64,000 nucleotides of DNA from positions 2,922-66,921 of the forward strand of contig QZKM01000006.1 of assembly GCA_003599485.1 (NCBI GenBank), written 5' to 3'. Made by a program: the position numbers and the translations under genes. Numbering within the stretch: position 1 is the first letter of the stretch; every line of letters starts with the position of its first letter. The stretch is from Gammaproteobacteria bacterium. GTDB taxonomy: Bacteria > Pseudomonadota > Gammaproteobacteria > SURF-13. Under the pieces are notes generated by a model that did no database searches, was not told where the DNA came from, and saw nothing but the letters and a program-made list of their open reading frames with translations. Below are positions 19,744-30,633 of this stretch, piece after piece.

Positions 19744-20172
19744 TTACCTGGTGCTGAGCGGGAACTTGGCGTCCTTCCAGGCGAGCAGGCCGCCCGCCAG
19801 TTTGTAAACCTGCGGAAAGCCCTGTTTGCGCAGAATCGTGGCGGCGCGCGCCGAGAACTGGCCGTTCTGGCAGCTTACGATAATGGGCTTGTTTTTGAGC
19901 CTTTCCAGTTCCGCCGTGCGTCCTTCGAGGTGCACCAGCGGGATGGATACGGCGTTCACGATATGGCCCTGCTTGAAATCCGACGCCTCGCGCACGTCCA
20001 GCACGGCGGCGTCTTCGCGGTTGATGAGACGCGCGGCCTCCTGCGGCGAGACTTCCTTGAAGCCCAGCACTTTCTGCGCCAGGCCGTCGGACAAGATCAG
20101 AACCACGATCACCAGCAGCGCCGTGAACAGTATCCAGTGATTGATAATAAATTGACCGATCTGCTCCATCAT
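19744..20172 (-). CDS. rhodanese-domain inner-membrane protein (YibN-like)
   Basis: N-terminal TM helix plus a rhodanese domain with active-site Cys in CQNG. The start at MMEQIGQF matches E. coli YibN. The longer ORF extension only translates the antisense of the hairpin repeat. Confidence 0.7.
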   Translation of the reverse strand: MMEQIGQFIINHWILFTALLVIVVLILSDGLAQKVLGFKEVSPQEAARLINREDAAVLDVREASDFKQGHIVNAVSIPLVHLEGRTAELERLKNKPIIVSCQNGQFSARAATILRKQGFPQVYKLAGGLLAWKDAKFPLSTR

Positions 20173-20268
20173 TCTCCTGCCCACGTATGCGTCCAGCGGC
20201 GGACGCCCCCGCTGCAACGGATAAATAAAATGGTATATAATACAGCGGTTTTGGCTCATGCCGCTATA

Positions 20269-20417
20269 GCAGGCTGTTGAGAAACAGCCTGCGTGCGGTG
20301 CAAGGTCGCACCGCCATTTTTCAAGCACGCTTTATGTGCTTGAAAAATGAAGCAAAGCAAAAATCACATTTTTTGCTTTGCGGATTGGAAAAGGCCATGG
20401 ATGGCCTTTTTCAATAA
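20269..20417. repeat. ~150-bp multi-hairpin intergenic repeat element, copy A (five consecutive stem-loops)
   Basis: It reads as five consecutive stem-loops. Examples are gcaggctgttgagaaacagcctgc, catttttcaagcac..gtgcttgaaaaatg, aagcaaagcaaaaa..ttttttgctttgc and ggccatggatggcc. The reverse complement reappears at ~85-90% identity at 36292-36440. Confidence 0.55.
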
Positions 20418-20497
20418 TTTAATTGGCGCGGTCATGATCTTGAAAACACGTCTGCGTCACCCGAACTATAACCAGATATATAGCTTAAAACCTAGTC

Positions 20498-22066
20498 ATG
20501 CCAGAGAAACCAAGTCCGCTGCTGCTCGTTGTTCTTGACGGCTGGGGTTACAGTGAAAGCACCCGGGGCAACGCCGTGCACGGCGCGCGCAAGCCGGTGT
20601 GGGACGGGCTTTGGAAAAATTACCCGCATACCCTGATCCGCACCTCCGGCACGGACGTAGGCCTGCCCGCCGACCAGATGGGCAACTCCGAGGTGGGGCA
20701 CCTGAATCTCGGCGCTGGGCGCGTGGTGTATCAGGAATTCTCGCGCATCAGCCGCGCCATCAAGACCGGCGCGTTTTACGACAATCCCACCCTCACCGGC
20801 GCGGTGGACAAGGCGCGCTCGCACGGCAAGGCGGTGCACATCCTGGGGCTGCTCTCGCCCGGCGGCGTGCACAGTCATGAAGACCATATTCTCGCCATGG
20901 CCGAACTGGCGGTGAAGCGCGGCGCGAAGAAGGTGTACATGCACGCGTTTCTCGACGGGCGCGATACCGCGCCGAAGAGCGCGCACGGCTCGCTCAAGGC
21001 GCTGCAGGATAAACTCGATGCGCTGGGCTCCGGGTGTATCGCCTCCATCATCGGCCGCTACTACGCCATGGACCGCGACCATCGCTGGCCGCGCATCCAG
21101 CAGGCGTATGACCTCATCACCCAGGGCAAGGCGGAATTTCAGGCCGCCGATGCGTTAAGCGCGCTCGATCTGGCCTACGCGCGCGGCGAGTCGGACGAAT
21201 TCGTCAAGGCCACCGCCATCGTGCCCGCGCGCGCCAAGCCGGTGCGGATGGAGGACGGCGACGTGGTGGTGTTCATGAATTTCCGTTCCGACCGCGCGCG
21301 CCAGATCACGCGTCCGTTCATCGAACCGGATTTCGACGGCTTTCAGCGCGAGGTCAAACCCAGGCTCGGCGCGTTTGTGAGTCTCACTGAGTACAGCGAT
21401 GATTTCGACATTCCGGTGGCGTTCCCAGCGGAGCGATTGAACAACGTATTCGGCGCCTATGTTGCGCAGCGCGGCCTGCATCAACTGCGCATCGCGGAGA
21501 CCGAAAAATACGCGCATGTCACGTTCTTTTTCAACGGCGGCGAGGAGCAGCCGTTCGAGGGCGAAGACCGCATCCTGGTGCCGTCGCCGCTGGTGGCCAC
21601 CTACGATCTAAAGCCGGAGATGAGCGCGCCGGAAGTGACCGGGCGTCTGGTGCAGGCCATCGAAAGCGGCAAATACGACGTGATTATCTGCAACTTCGCC
21701 AACCCGGACATGGTGGGGCACACCGGCAGCCTCGATGCCGCGGTCAAGGCTATCGAGGCGGTAGATGCCGCGCTGGGGAAAATTCACCAAGCTCTGCAGC
21801 GCACCGGCGGCGAGATGCTCATCACCGCCGACCACGGCAACGCCGAGCAGATGATCGGCGAAGGCACCGGCCAGGCGCACACCGCGCACACCACCAATCC
21901 GGTGCCGTTTATTTACGTGGGGCGTCCGGCGCTGATCGCCAAGGGCGGTGTGTTGTCCGATGTCGCGCCCACGCTGTTGTACCTGATGGGGCTGCCCATA
22001 CCCGCCGAGATGACAGGCCGCCCGCTGGTGACGCTGGTTGAGGAAGGCCGCGCTTACGCTGGTTAG
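20498..22066 (+). CDS. gpmI: 2,3-bisphosphoglycerate-independent phosphoglycerate mutase
   Basis: 522 aa with iPGM motifs (LLVVLDGWG, catalytic Ser region, GDHGNAEQM). Confidence 0.95.
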   Translation: MPEKPSPLLLVVLDGWGYSESTRGNAVHGARKPVWDGLWKNYPHTLIRTSGTDVGLPADQMGNSEVGHLNLGAGRVVYQEFSRISRAIKTGAFYDNPTLTGAVDKARSHGKAVHILGLLSPGGVHSHEDHILAMAELAVKRGAKKVYMHAFLDGRDTAPKSAHGSLKALQDKLDALGSGCIASIIGRYYAMDRDHRWPRIQQAYDLITQGKAEFQAADALSALDLAYARGESDEFVKATAIVPARAKPVRMEDGDVVVFMNFRSDRARQITRPFIEPDFDGFQREVKPRLGAFVSLTEYSDDFDIPVAFPAERLNNVFGAYVAQRGLHQLRIAETEKYAHVTFFFNGGEEQPFEGEDRILVPSPLVATYDLKPEMSAPEVTGRLVQAIESGKYDVIICNFANPDMVGHTGSLDAAVKAIEAVDAALGKIHQALQRTGGEMLITADHGNAEQMIGEGTGQAHTAHTTNPVPFIYVGRPALIAKGGVLSDVAPTLLYLMGLPIPAEMTGRPLVTLVEEGRAYAG

Positions 22067-23204
22067 CGCAGGGTTGTGCGGCGCGAGCCTCTTGGCCGCC
22101 GGCGCGCCGGGCAAGGCGACGCAGGCCGATCTTGACCAGTTGCGCTCCCGTATCGAATCCCTGCGCGAGAACCTGACGCGCTCCGAAGGCGAACGCAGCG
22201 CGGTGCGCATCGAGCTGCGCGACATGGAGCAGAAGATCGCGCTGTCCGGCAAGCGGCTGCATCAGATCGCCCGCGAACTGCAATCGCGCGAACGTAAACT
22301 GGACGAGTTGCGGCGCGAGCAGGCGCGCGAGCAGGAGAAGTTGGGCGCGCAGCGCAACGCGCTGGCGGCGCAAATGCGCGCCGCGTACATCATGGGCCGC
22401 GAGCCTTACCTGAAGCTGCTGCTGAATCAACAAGACCCTTCCGCCCTGGGCCGCAGCCTCGCGTACTACGGCTATTTCAACCGCCTGCGCAGCGCACGCA
22501 TGACCGAGGCGGCCGCGCGGCTGTCCAGCCTGGCCAGGCTGGAGCAGGGCATCCGCGAGGAAACCGCGCAACGCCTGATATTGCGCGAGCGGGAGCAGGC
22601 GGAGCGCAAGGCCTACCTGGCGAACCGCGCGGCGCGCACGGAGGTGCTGGCCAAACTCAACAGCGAAATCCGCACCCGCGGTGATGAGCTGGAACGCGCG
22701 GTACAGGATGAGAAGCGGCTTGCGGAACTGTTGCGCAAACTGGAACCCGCGCTGGCGCGTATTCCGCGTGAGACGGGCGGGCCGCCGGATACACCGTTTG
22801 CCGCGCTCAAGGGCAAGCTGCATTGGCCGGTGCAGGGGCAAATCAGCGCGCCGTACGGCAGCGAGCGCCTGGAGGGCCGGCTGAGATGGCAGGGGGTGCT
22901 GATCGAGGCGCCGGAAGGAAACGAGGTGCACGCCGTGTCGCGCGGACGCGTGGCCTTCAGCGGCTGGCTGCGCGGGTTGGGCCAGCTTGTGATCGTGGAT
23001 CACGGCGGCGGCTACTTGACGCTGTACGGTCACAACCAGGCGCTTTATAAGGAGGCCGGCGACTGGGTGGAGGCGGGCGAGGCGATAGCCAGCGTGGGCG
23101 CAAGCGGCGGACGCGACAAACCCGCCCTGTATTTTGAAGTGCGCGAACAGGGTGAGCCGCGCGATCCGGCGCTGTGGTGCGCGCGCGATAGTCAAATGTT
23201 ATAA
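22038..23204 (+). CDS. envC: murein hydrolase activator EnvC-like (coiled-coil + M23/LytM domain)
   Basis: Long N-terminal coiled coil followed by a C-terminal LytM domain. Synteny gpmI-envC-ctpA is conserved. The start is uncertain because of overlap with the gpmI end. Confidence 0.7.
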   Translation: MRKAALTLVSAGLCGASLLAAGAPGKATQADLDQLRSRIESLRENLTRSEGERSAVRIELRDMEQKIALSGKRLHQIARELQSRERKLDELRREQAREQEKLGAQRNALAAQMRAAYIMGREPYLKLLLNQQDPSALGRSLAYYGYFNRLRSARMTEAAARLSSLARLEQGIREETAQRLILREREQAERKAYLANRAARTEVLAKLNSEIRTRGDELERAVQDEKRLAELLRKLEPALARIPRETGGPPDTPFAALKGKLHWPVQGQISAPYGSERLEGRLRWQGVLIEAPEGNEVHAVSRGRVAFSGWLRGLGQLVIVDHGGGYLTLYGHNQALYKEAGDWVEAGEAIASVGASGGRDKPALYFEVREQGEPRDPALWCARDSQML

Positions 23205-23269
23205 ACCCGGTTAATATAGGAACATAATGCTGGCGTTTAAACTTCACCGCTTTATCCAGCCGTTTTATC

Positions 23270-24601
23270 ATGGAGTTGTTAATGAAATTCACGCCCCGTA
23301 ATTTGCTGGTCTTGCTGCTCGGCGCCGCGCTGGGTGTTTCCATCAGCCTTGGCGCCAGCGTGTTCGCGCAGCGCGAGGAGGCGCGTTCCGGTCTGCCGCT
23401 CGATGAACTGCGCACCTTCACCGATATCTTCGGCAAGATCAAAAGCGATTACGTGGAGCCGGTGGAAGACAAGATGCTGCTGGTGAACGCCATCCGCGGC
23501 ATGCTGTCCGGCTTGGATCCGCATTCCAGCTATCTCGACGCCGAGGAGTTCAAGGACCTGCAAGCCGGAACCACCGGCGAGTTCGGCGGCCTGGGGCTGG
23601 AGGTCGGCATGGAAGACGGCTTCGTCAAGGTCATCGCGCCAATAGACGATACCCCCGCCAGCCGCGGCGGGATACTGGCTGGCGACCTCATCATCCGCCT
23701 CGACGACACCCCGGTACAGGGTATGCCTCTCAACGAGGCGGTGAAACTGATGCGCGGCCCGGCGGGCAGCAGCATCACTCTCACCATTATCCGCAAGGGC
23801 GAGGAAAAACCGCTCAAGATCACGCTTACGCGCGCGGTCATCAAGGTGAAGAGCGTCAAGTCGCAAACCCTGGAACCGGGATTCGGCTACCTGCGCGTCT
23901 CGCAGTTCCAGTCGCAGACCGGCGATAACCTGATTGAAGCGGTGAAAAAACTCAAGCAGGAGAACGGCGGCAAGCTCAAGGGCATGGTGCTGGACCTGCG
24001 CAATAATCCGGGCGGCGTGTTGAACGCCGCCGTCGCGGTGAGCGATGCGTTTCTGGAGAGCGGGCTGATCGTCTACACCGAAGGCCGCATCAAGGACTCG
24101 CAACTCAAATACAGCGCTACCTCCGAAGACGTATTGAAGGGCGCGCCGCTGGTGGTGCTGGTGAACGGCGGCTCGGCCTCGGCTTCGGAGATCGTGGCGG
24201 GCGCACTGCAGGATCACAAGCGCGCGGTGGTGATGGGCGGCAAAACCTTCGGCAAGGGCTCGGTGCAAACCATCCTGCCCATGACCAATGACACCGCGCT
24301 CAAACTCACCACGGCGCGCTACTTCACGCCGAACGGACGCTCCATTCAGGCGGAAGGCATCGTGCCCGACATCGTGCTCGCCGATGTCAAGCTCACGCTG
24401 ACGGAAAAGTCCGACGTGGAACCGCTCAAGGAGGCCGACCTGAAGCGCCACTTGACCAACGGCAAGCCCTCCAACGGCGACAAGCCCAGCGCCGCGCCGG
24501 GCGCAGATAGCACCAGGGAATCGCTTATCAGCACCGACTACCAGCTTTATGAAGCGCTCAACCTGCTCAAGGGTTTGACCACCTTGCAGGGGCGTAACTG
24601 A
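23270..24601 (+). CDS. ctpA: carboxy-terminal processing protease (S41A, CtpA/Prc-like)
   Basis: Signal anchor, PDZ domain and S41 catalytic region (GGSASASEIVAGALQDHKRAVVMGGKTFGKG). Confidence 0.9.
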   Translation: MELLMKFTPRNLLVLLLGAALGVSISLGASVFAQREEARSGLPLDELRTFTDIFGKIKSDYVEPVEDKMLLVNAIRGMLSGLDPHSSYLDAEEFKDLQAGTTGEFGGLGLEVGMEDGFVKVIAPIDDTPASRGGILAGDLIIRLDDTPVQGMPLNEAVKLMRGPAGSSITLTIIRKGEEKPLKITLTRAVIKVKSVKSQTLEPGFGYLRVSQFQSQTGDNLIEAVKKLKQENGGKLKGMVLDLRNNPGGVLNAAVAVSDAFLESGLIVYTEGRIKDSQLKYSATSEDVLKGAPLVVLVNGGSASASEIVAGALQDHKRAVVMGGKTFGKGSVQTILPMTNDTALKLTTARYFTPNGRSIQAEGIVPDIVLADVKLTLTEKSDVEPLKEADLKRHLTNGKPSNGDKPSAAPGADSTRESLISTDYQLYEALNLLKGLTTLQGRN

Positions 24602-24613
24602 TAAGATTTCGCA

Positions 24614-24672
24614 CCACGCGAGATGAACTCGCGTGGGCGACTAAAGGGGAGAACTGCGTCTCTCCCCTTTAG
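24614..24672 (+). terminator. two tandem GC-rich hairpins downstream of ctpA (terminator candidate, no U-tract)
   Basis: The two hairpins are ccacgcgag-atgaa-ctcgcgtgg and ctaaaggggaga-actgcg-tctcccctttag, 13 bp after the ctpA stop. Confidence 0.4.
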
Positions 24673-24726
24673 AAACCCCATTGCCTGTAAAAGCAAGCAC
24701 AGATTATTTCTTAGGCAGGAGGTGCG

Positions 24727-25281
24727 GTGAGTAAAAAAGTGCTCGTGCCTTTGGCGCAAGGGTGTGAAGAACTGGAAGCGGTCACCATCATAGACCTGTT
24801 GCGCCGCGCGGAAATTACGGTGGTGACGGCCGGACTCGACGCCGGGCCGGTGCGCGCCAGCCGCGGCACGCGCCTGTTGCCCGACGCTACACTGGATGAA
24901 GCGCTCAAGCAGGATTACGACATGGTGGTGCTGCCGGGCGGCCAGCCGGGCAGCGACAATCTCAACCGCGATCCGCGCGTCCACGCCTTACTCAGGAAAA
25001 TGGCCGACAACGGCAAGTTCACCGCCGCGATCTGCGCCGCCCCCTCTGTGCTCGCCCACGCGGGTGTATTGAAAGGGAAGCGCGCCACCAGCTTTCCCGG
25101 CGTGCTGGAAAAGCTCGGTCACACCGGCGTCGTGCTCCAGGATCAACCCGTGGTGAGGGACGGCAAGGTCATCACCTCCAGAGGCCCCGGTACGGCGATG
25201 GATTTTGCGCTGGAGTTGATCGAAACGCTGGCCGGGAAGGAAAAGCGCGCGCAGGTGGAGGCGGGACTGCAGCGCGCTTGA
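24727..25281 (+). CDS. DJ-1/PfpI family protein (YajL-like)
   Basis: Class I glutamine amidotransferase-like fold with nucleophile Cys in AAICAAP. Confidence 0.8.
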   Translation: MSKKVLVPLAQGCEELEAVTIIDLLRRAEITVVTAGLDAGPVRASRGTRLLPDATLDEALKQDYDMVVLPGGQPGSDNLNRDPRVHALLRKMADNGKFTAAICAAPSVLAHAGVLKGKRATSFPGVLEKLGHTGVVLQDQPVVRDGKVITSRGPGTAMDFALELIETLAGKEKRAQVEAGLQRA

Positions 25282-25286
25282 TCTGT

Positions 25287-26945
25287 TCAGTCGCGGTTGC
25301 CAAACCAGAGGCGGATGAGTATCAGCGCGCCCGCACCGCCCAGCAGCCAGGCTAACACGGGCACGTTCCAGAGCGTAAGCGGCTCGAAGACGCTCGCGCC
25401 CTTGATGATGGCCGCGCTCACCAGCAGGGCCGCGCCCACTATGGCGTAATAGTTGCGCTGCGCGTTCCGCTTCATTTCGCGGCGCAGCTTTTCCAGTTCG
25501 GTGGACTTCCATTCGGCTTGCAGCTTGCCGTCGCGCGACTGTTGCAAAAACTCATACAGCAGCAGGGGCAGGTGCGGGAGTTTTTCAGCCACCAGCGGGG
25601 CGTTGGCGCGCAAGGTTTTGAACATGGCGCGCAAGCCCACCTGTTCGCTCATCCAGCGCTCCAGAAACGGTTTGGCGGTGGTCCACAGATCCAAGTCGGG
25701 ATACAGCTCGCGCCCCAGGCCTTCGATGGCGAGCAGCGTCTTTTGCAGCAGCACCAGTTGCGGCTGCACCTCCATGTTGAAGCGGCGCGCGGTTTGGAAC
25801 AGGCGCAGCAGCAACTGGCCGAAGGAGATTTCGCTCAGCGGGCGCTCGAAGATCGGCTCGCACACGCTGCGGATGGCCGACTCGAATTCGTCCACGCGCG
25901 TGCCGTGCGGCACCCAGCCCGCCTCCACGTGCGCCTGCGCCACGCGCTTGTAGTCGCGGTTGAAGAAGGCCATGAAGTTTTCCGCCAGATAACGCTGGTC
26001 GCGCTCGTCCAGCGTGCCCATGATGCCGAAGTCCACCGCCATGTAACGGCCGTCCCTGGCGACGAAGATGTTGCCGGGGTGCATGTCGGCGTGAAAGAAA
26101 TTGTGGCGGAATACCTGGGTAAAAAAGATTTCCACGCCGCGCTCGGAGAGCGTTTTAAGGTTGACGCCCTGCGCGATGAGCGCATCCACGTTGCTGATGG
26201 GCGTGGCGAAGATGCGCTCCATCACCATCACATTGCGGTGGGTGAGCGGCCAGATGATCTCCGGCACGTAGAGCAGATCAGACCCGGCGAAATTACGCCG
26301 CAACTGGCTGGCGTTGCCCGCCTCGCGCAGCAGGTCCAGTTCATCGTGCAGGGTCTTGTCAAACTCCGCCACCACCTCACGCGGGCGCAGACGTCTGGCC
26401 TCCGCCCAGTAACGCCCGGCGAGTCCGGCGATAAAATAAAGCAGGTCCAGATCGCGCTCAATGTCCTTTTCCACGCCGGGGCGCAGCACCTTGATGATGA
26501 CCTGCCGGCCGTCAAACAGGCGCGCCGTGTGCACCTGGGCGATGGAGGCGGCGGCGAGCGGCGCCGGATCGAATTCCTGGAATACCTCCGCCACGGGTTT
26601 GCCGTACGCCTGCTCGATGATGCGCTGCGCCTGCTCGCCGGGGAACGGCGTGACGCGATCCTGCAGCAGGGCCAGCTCGGCGGCGATGTCTTCCGGCAGC
26701 AGGTCGGGGCGGGTGGAGAGCAGTTGGCCGAACTTGACGAAGATCGGCCCCAGTTCCTCCAGCGCCAGACGGATCCGTTCCCCGCGTGGCGCGCGTTTGC
26801 CGCGCAGCCAGTACCAGGGCAGGAAATACACCAGATAACGCAGCGGACGGAATAAATGCGTGGCCAGTATCAGCTCGTCCAGTCCATGCTTGACCAGCAC
26901 GAAGTTGATGTGCAGCAGGCGCAGCACCTGGCGCGGCGCTTTCAT
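25287..26945 (-). CDS. ubiB: ubiquinone biosynthesis regulatory protein kinase UbiB (ABC1 family)
   Basis: 552 aa with an ABC1 atypical-kinase core and C-terminal TM helices. Lies in a ubiE-ubiJ-ubiB operon arrangement. Confidence 0.9.
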   Translation of the reverse strand: MKAPRQVLRLLHINFVLVKHGLDELILATHLFRPLRYLVYFLPWYWLRGKRAPRGERIRLALEELGPIFVKFGQLLSTRPDLLPEDIAAELALLQDRVTPFPGEQAQRIIEQAYGKPVAEVFQEFDPAPLAAASIAQVHTARLFDGRQVIIKVLRPGVEKDIERDLDLLYFIAGLAGRYWAEARRLRPREVVAEFDKTLHDELDLLREAGNASQLRRNFAGSDLLYVPEIIWPLTHRNVMVMERIFATPISNVDALIAQGVNLKTLSERGVEIFFTQVFRHNFFHADMHPGNIFVARDGRYMAVDFGIMGTLDERDQRYLAENFMAFFNRDYKRVAQAHVEAGWVPHGTRVDEFESAIRSVCEPIFERPLSEISFGQLLLRLFQTARRFNMEVQPQLVLLQKTLLAIEGLGRELYPDLDLWTTAKPFLERWMSEQVGLRAMFKTLRANAPLVAEKLPHLPLLLYEFLQQSRDGKLQAEWKSTELEKLRREMKRNAQRNYYAIVGAALLVSAAIIKGASVFEPLTLWNVPVLAWLLGGAGALILIRLWFGNRD

Positions 26946-27562
26946 TTAACGCCATCCTTCGCGGCCAATCGGGTTTGCAGGCGCGCGATGCGCGCTTCCA
27001 GGCGCGCCGTGCCGTCGCGCAGGGTGTCCACTGCGGTTAAGAATTCCGCTACTTCCGTTGCGGCCGGCAGGCTGCGCGCGTCGAACTGCTGATACTCGGC
27101 GAAATTCAGGCCCAGGGTGTACAGCGTGTCTGTGCCGAAGGCATGCGCCGCGCGCACACTGCGGCCGATCTGGTGCGCGATCACGTCGCCGGTCAGCCGG
27201 GAGAGATGCTCTTCCCAGTCTATGTCCATGTTGTCGAGCAGTTCCTTGAAGCGCCGTCCCACTTCTGCGTCGCCGCTGATCTCCACCGCGCCGGAATTGA
27301 ACGCCTCACGCCCCTGGCCGGGCAGCGCCATGCGCAGCATGGCCCACGGCGTGCCGCGAACAGTGGCGTCGGGTGCGCCGTCAATGCTGTCCCGTACTTC
27401 GATGCCGCCGGCGCCCGGTTTTAAATAGAACCGGAGCCCACTCATCTCAAACGCAATCACCTTGCCGGACAGCGCGCTCACGCGCGAAAGCGCATCGGGG
27501 TCGAGGCGCAGATAACGATTCAACGCGCTTTCAAACAGCCGGGTGAGCACGTGCGTGTTCAA
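26942..27562 (-). CDS. ubiJ: ubiquinone biosynthesis accessory factor UbiJ (SCP2-like)
   Basis: Sits between ubiE and ubiB as in E. coli. The TTG start at 27562 overlaps the ubiE TGA (TTGA). The longer 261-aa ORF would overlap ubiE by 170 nt and is rejected. Confidence 0.65.
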   Translation of the reverse strand: MNTHVLTRLFESALNRYLRLDPDALSRVSALSGKVIAFEMSGLRFYLKPGAGGIEVRDSIDGAPDATVRGTPWAMLRMALPGQGREAFNSGAVEISGDAEVGRRFKELLDNMDIDWEEHLSRLTGDVIAHQIGRSVRAAHAFGTDTLYTLGLNFAEYQQFDARSLPAATEVAEFLTAVDTLRDGTARLEARIARLQTRLAAKDGVK

Positions 27563-28302
27563 AACTTGTAACCCCGGTGCAGGGCGACGATGCCGCCGCT
27601 CAGGTTTAAATAATCGCAGCGCTCGAAGCCCGCAGCCATCATCATGGTTTTCAGCGTCTCCTGGTCGGGATGCATGCGGATGGACTCGGCGAGGTAACGG
27701 TAGCTCGCCTCGTCTTTGGCGATCCATTTGCCGAACCGCGGCAGGATGCTGAACGAGTACCAGTCATACAGGCTTTGCAGCACGGGCACGCGCGTGCGGG
27801 AGAACTCCAGTATCAGTGCGCGTCCGCCCGGTTTTAATACGCGGTGCATGGCGGCCAGCGCCTTGTCCTTGCGCGTGACGTTGCGCAGGCCGAAGGCGAT
27901 GGTGACGCAGTCAAAGTAATCGTCCGGGAACGGCAGGTGTTCGGCATCGGCCTGCACATACAGGATGTTGCCCGTTACTCCCTCATTGAGGAGACGGTCG
28001 CGCCCCGCGCTCAGCATGGCGTGGTTGATGTCGGCGACAATCAACCTGCCTTGCGCATTGATGCGCGCGGCAAGCCGGGCCGCCATGTCGCCCGTGCCGC
28101 CGGCGAGATCGAGCACGCGGCTGCTGGCGCGCACGCCGGCGAGGTGCGCGGCAACGTGCTTCCACCAGCGGTGGACGCCGAACGACATGACATCGTTCAT
28201 GAGATCGTAGTTGGGCGCGACCGAGTCAAACACCTCGCCGACCTTGCGCGCCTTTTCCGCTTCGCTGACCGTTTGAAAACCAAAGTGGGTGTTTTTTTTC
28301 AT
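27559..28302 (-). CDS. ubiE: demethylmenaquinone/ubiquinone C-methyltransferase UbiE
   Basis: Class I SAM methyltransferase ([10 protein letters not shown]) with a UbiE-type N-terminus (HFGFQTV). Confidence 0.9.
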   Translation of the reverse strand: MKKNTHFGFQTVSEAEKARKVGEVFDSVAPNYDLMNDVMSFGVHRWWKHVAAHLAGVRASSRVLDLAGGTGDMAARLAARINAQGRLIVADINHAMLSAGRDRLLNEGVTGNILYVQADAEHLPFPDDYFDCVTIAFGLRNVTRKDKALAAMHRVLKPGGRALILEFSRTRVPVLQSLYDWYSFSILPRFGKWIAKDEASYRYLAESIRMHPDQETLKTMMMAAGFERCDYLNLSGGIVALHRGYKF

Positions 28303-28308
28303 GGCGTT

Positions 28309-28671
28309 TTACAATGCGGCGCGCTGTATGCCCGCTTTTTTCAGGCGCTCCAGATAGCCGCGCCATTTTTCTTCATGGTGCGCGCCCAGCTCGTAGAGCA
28401 GATTCCAGGAATAAAGTCCGCTGTCGTGGCCGTCATCGAAACACAGGCGCACGGCGTAGCTCCCTACCGGCTCGATGGCGCTGATGGCGACGTTTTCCTT
28501 GCCGGTCTGCAACACCTCCTGCCCCGGCCCGTGGCCGCGCACCTCGGCCGAGGGCGAGTACACGCGCAGGTACTCGCACGGCAGTTGAAAGCGCGCGCCG
28601 TCATCGAAGCTGATTTCGAGCAGGCGCGACTTCTGGTGCAAGATGATGCCGGTGGGGCGGGGCTGGCTCAT
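28309..28671 (-). CDS. DUF971 (gamma-butyrobetaine hydroxylase-like N-terminal domain) protein
   Basis: 120 aa matching the DUF971 pattern. Confidence 0.65.
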   Translation of the reverse strand: MSQPRPTGIILHQKSRLLEISFDDGARFQLPCEYLRVYSPSAEVRGHGPGQEVLQTGKENVAISAIEPVGSYAVRLCFDDGHDSGLYSWNLLYELGAHHEEKWRGYLERLKKAGIQRAAL

Positions 28672-28674
28672 GGA

Positions 28675-29994
28675 TTACAGGATATAGCGCGACAAATCTT
28701 CATCCTTGACCAGCTCGCCGAGCTGTTGGTCCACGTAGGCTGCGTTGATTTCCACCGTCCCGCCCGCCCGGCCGGGGGCGTCAAAGGAAACGGCCTCCAG
28801 CAGGCGCTCCAGCACGGTGTGCAGGCGGCGCGCACCGATGTTCTCGGTGCGCTCATTGATGTGACAAGCGATCTCGGCGATGCGCGCGATGCCGTCCCCG
28901 GTGAAGCGCAGATCAACGCTTTCGGTGGCGAGCAGGGCGCTGTACTGTTTAGCGAGCGAGGCGTCCGGCTCGGTGAGAATGCGCACGAAGTCTTCCACGC
29001 GCAGTGCGTCCAGCTCCACGCGGATCGGCAAACGGCCTTGCAGTTCCGGTATCAGGTCGGACGGCTTGGCGAGGTGAAACGCGCCGGAGGCGATGAACAG
29101 GATATGGTCGGTCTTGACGATGCCGAACTTGGTGGATACCGTGCTGCCCTCCACCAGCGGCAGCAGGTCGCGCTGCACGCCTTCGCGCGAGACATCCGCG
29201 CCCGCATATTCGGAGCGGCGGGCGATTTTGTCTATCTCATCCAGGAACACGATGCCGTTTTGCTCCACATTGCGCAGCGCGCGCGCCCGCAATGCTTCCT
29301 CGTCTATCATCCTGGCGGCGGCTTCATCGGTGAGAAGTTTCAGCGCTTCTTTCACGCTGAGCTTGCGCGTGCGCGTGCGGCCTGTGGCCAGGCTCTGAAA
29401 CATGCTCTGCAACTGACTGGTCATCTCCTCCATGCCGGGCGGGCCCATGATCTCCACCCCCAGTGGCGCTGCGCTGACTTCTACCTCGATCTCGCGCTCA
29501 TCGAGCGCGCCCTCACGCAGTTTTTTGCGGAACACCTGGCGCGTGGCGGGTTCCTCTTCCGCGGGCGCGGGCGCCGCGCCGCGCGCGGGGCGCAACAAAA
29601 TATCCAGGATGCGCTCCTCGGCGTTGTCCACGGCGCGCTCGCGCACCTTGGCCATTTCCTCTTCACGCGCCATCTTGATCGCGCCGTCCACCAGGTCGCG
29701 GATGATGGTTTCCACGTCGCGCCCGACGTAACCCACTTCGGTGAACTTGGTCGCCTCGACCTTGATGAACGGCGCGTTGGCGAGCCGCGCCAGGCGACGC
29801 GCGATTTCAGTCTTGCCCACGCCGGTGGGGCCGATCATGAGGATATTCTTGGGCGTGATCTCGCTTTGCAGCGGCTCGGCGACCTGCGCGCGGCGCCAGC
29901 GGTTGCGCAAGGCGATGGCCACCGCGCGTTTGGCGGCGGCCTGGCCGACGATGTGCTTGTCCAGCTCGTGGACGATTTCATCAGGGGTCAACAT
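28675..29994 (-). CDS. hslU: ATP-dependent protease ATPase subunit HslU
   Basis: AAA+ Walker A GPTGVGKT plus the intermediate domain. Adjacent to hslV. Confidence 0.95.
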   Translation of the reverse strand: MLTPDEIVHELDKHIVGQAAAKRAVAIALRNRWRRAQVAEPLQSEITPKNILMIGPTGVGKTEIARRLARLANAPFIKVEATKFTEVGYVGRDVETIIRDLVDGAIKMAREEEMAKVRERAVDNAEERILDILLRPARGAAPAPAEEEPATRQVFRKKLREGALDEREIEVEVSAAPLGVEIMGPPGMEEMTSQLQSMFQSLATGRTRTRKLSVKEALKLLTDEAAARMIDEEALRARALRNVEQNGIVFLDEIDKIARRSEYAGADVSREGVQRDLLPLVEGSTVSTKFGIVKTDHILFIASGAFHLAKPSDLIPELQGRLPIRVELDALRVEDFVRILTEPDASLAKQYSALLATESVDLRFTGDGIARIAEIACHINERTENIGARRLHTVLERLLEAVSFDAPGRAGGTVEINAAYVDQQLGELVKDEDLSRYIL

Positions 29995-30024
29995 GGCGTT
30001 AAGGCGGCGGCGGACAGCCGGTTT

Positions 30025-30558
30025 TTACAGTTCTTCCAGGGTAAGCGCGCGGTTGGTGTAAACGCAAATATCCGCCGCGATGGCGAGCGCCTTTTCCACG
30101 ATGGCGCGCGCGTCGAGCCCGGTGTTTTCCAGCAGCGCGCGCGCCGCGGCCTGGGCATACGGTCCGCCGGAACCGATGGCCATGACGCCCTGTTCCGGCT
30201 CGATCACGTCGCCGTTGCCGGAGAGGATAAGCGAGGTGGATTTGTCGGCCACTGCGAGCAACGCCTCCAGGCGGCGCAGGATGCGGTCGGTGCGCCAGTC
30301 CTTGGCCAGTTCCACCGCGGCGCGCGTGAGGTTGCCCTGATGCTTTTCCAGTTTGCCCTCGAAGCGCTCGAACAGGGTGAAGGCGTCCGCCGTGCCGCCG
30401 GCGAAGCCCGCGATCACCTGATCGTGATACAGGCGGCGCACCTTGCGCGCGTTGGACTTCAGCACGGTATTGCCGAGCGACACCTGGCCGTCGCCGCCGA
30501 TCGCCACCTTGCCGTTGCGGCGTACCGATACTATTGTGGTTCCGTGATATTGTTCCAC
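30025..30558 (-). CDS. hslV: ATP-dependent protease subunit HslV
   Basis: Ntn-hydrolase with Thr at position 2 (TTIVSVRR). Confidence 0.95.
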   Translation of the reverse strand: MEQYHGTTIVSVRRNGKVAIGGDGQVSLGNTVLKSNARKVRRLYHDQVIAGFAGGTADAFTLFERFEGKLEKHQGNLTRAAVELAKDWRTDRILRRLEALLAVADKSTSLILSGNGDVIEPEQGVMAIGSGGPYAQAAARALLENTGLDARAIVEKALAIAADICVYTNRALTLEEL

Positions 30559-30633
30559 TGACAGGTTTCCTGAAGAGGGACGCCCTTACATTATAAGGGC
30601 ATATCCTGCGGCAGGGGAGGCTTAAGGGCACCC

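Noticed and set aside
19744-20328. Longer 194-aa version of the rhodanese gene
   Set aside because: The extra 52 N-terminal residues are a translation of the hairpin repeat. The E. coli YibN-like start MMEQIGQF at 20172 is preferred.
26942-27727. 261-aa version of ubiJ
   Set aside because: It would overlap ubiE by 170 nt. A TTG start overlapping the ubiE stop gives a 207-aa UbiJ of normal size.
27844-30561. 905-aa ORF on the plus strand
   Set aside because: It runs antisense to ubiE, DUF971, hslU and hslV, all of which have strong homology. Long stop-free antisense frames are expected in 65-70% GC DNA.
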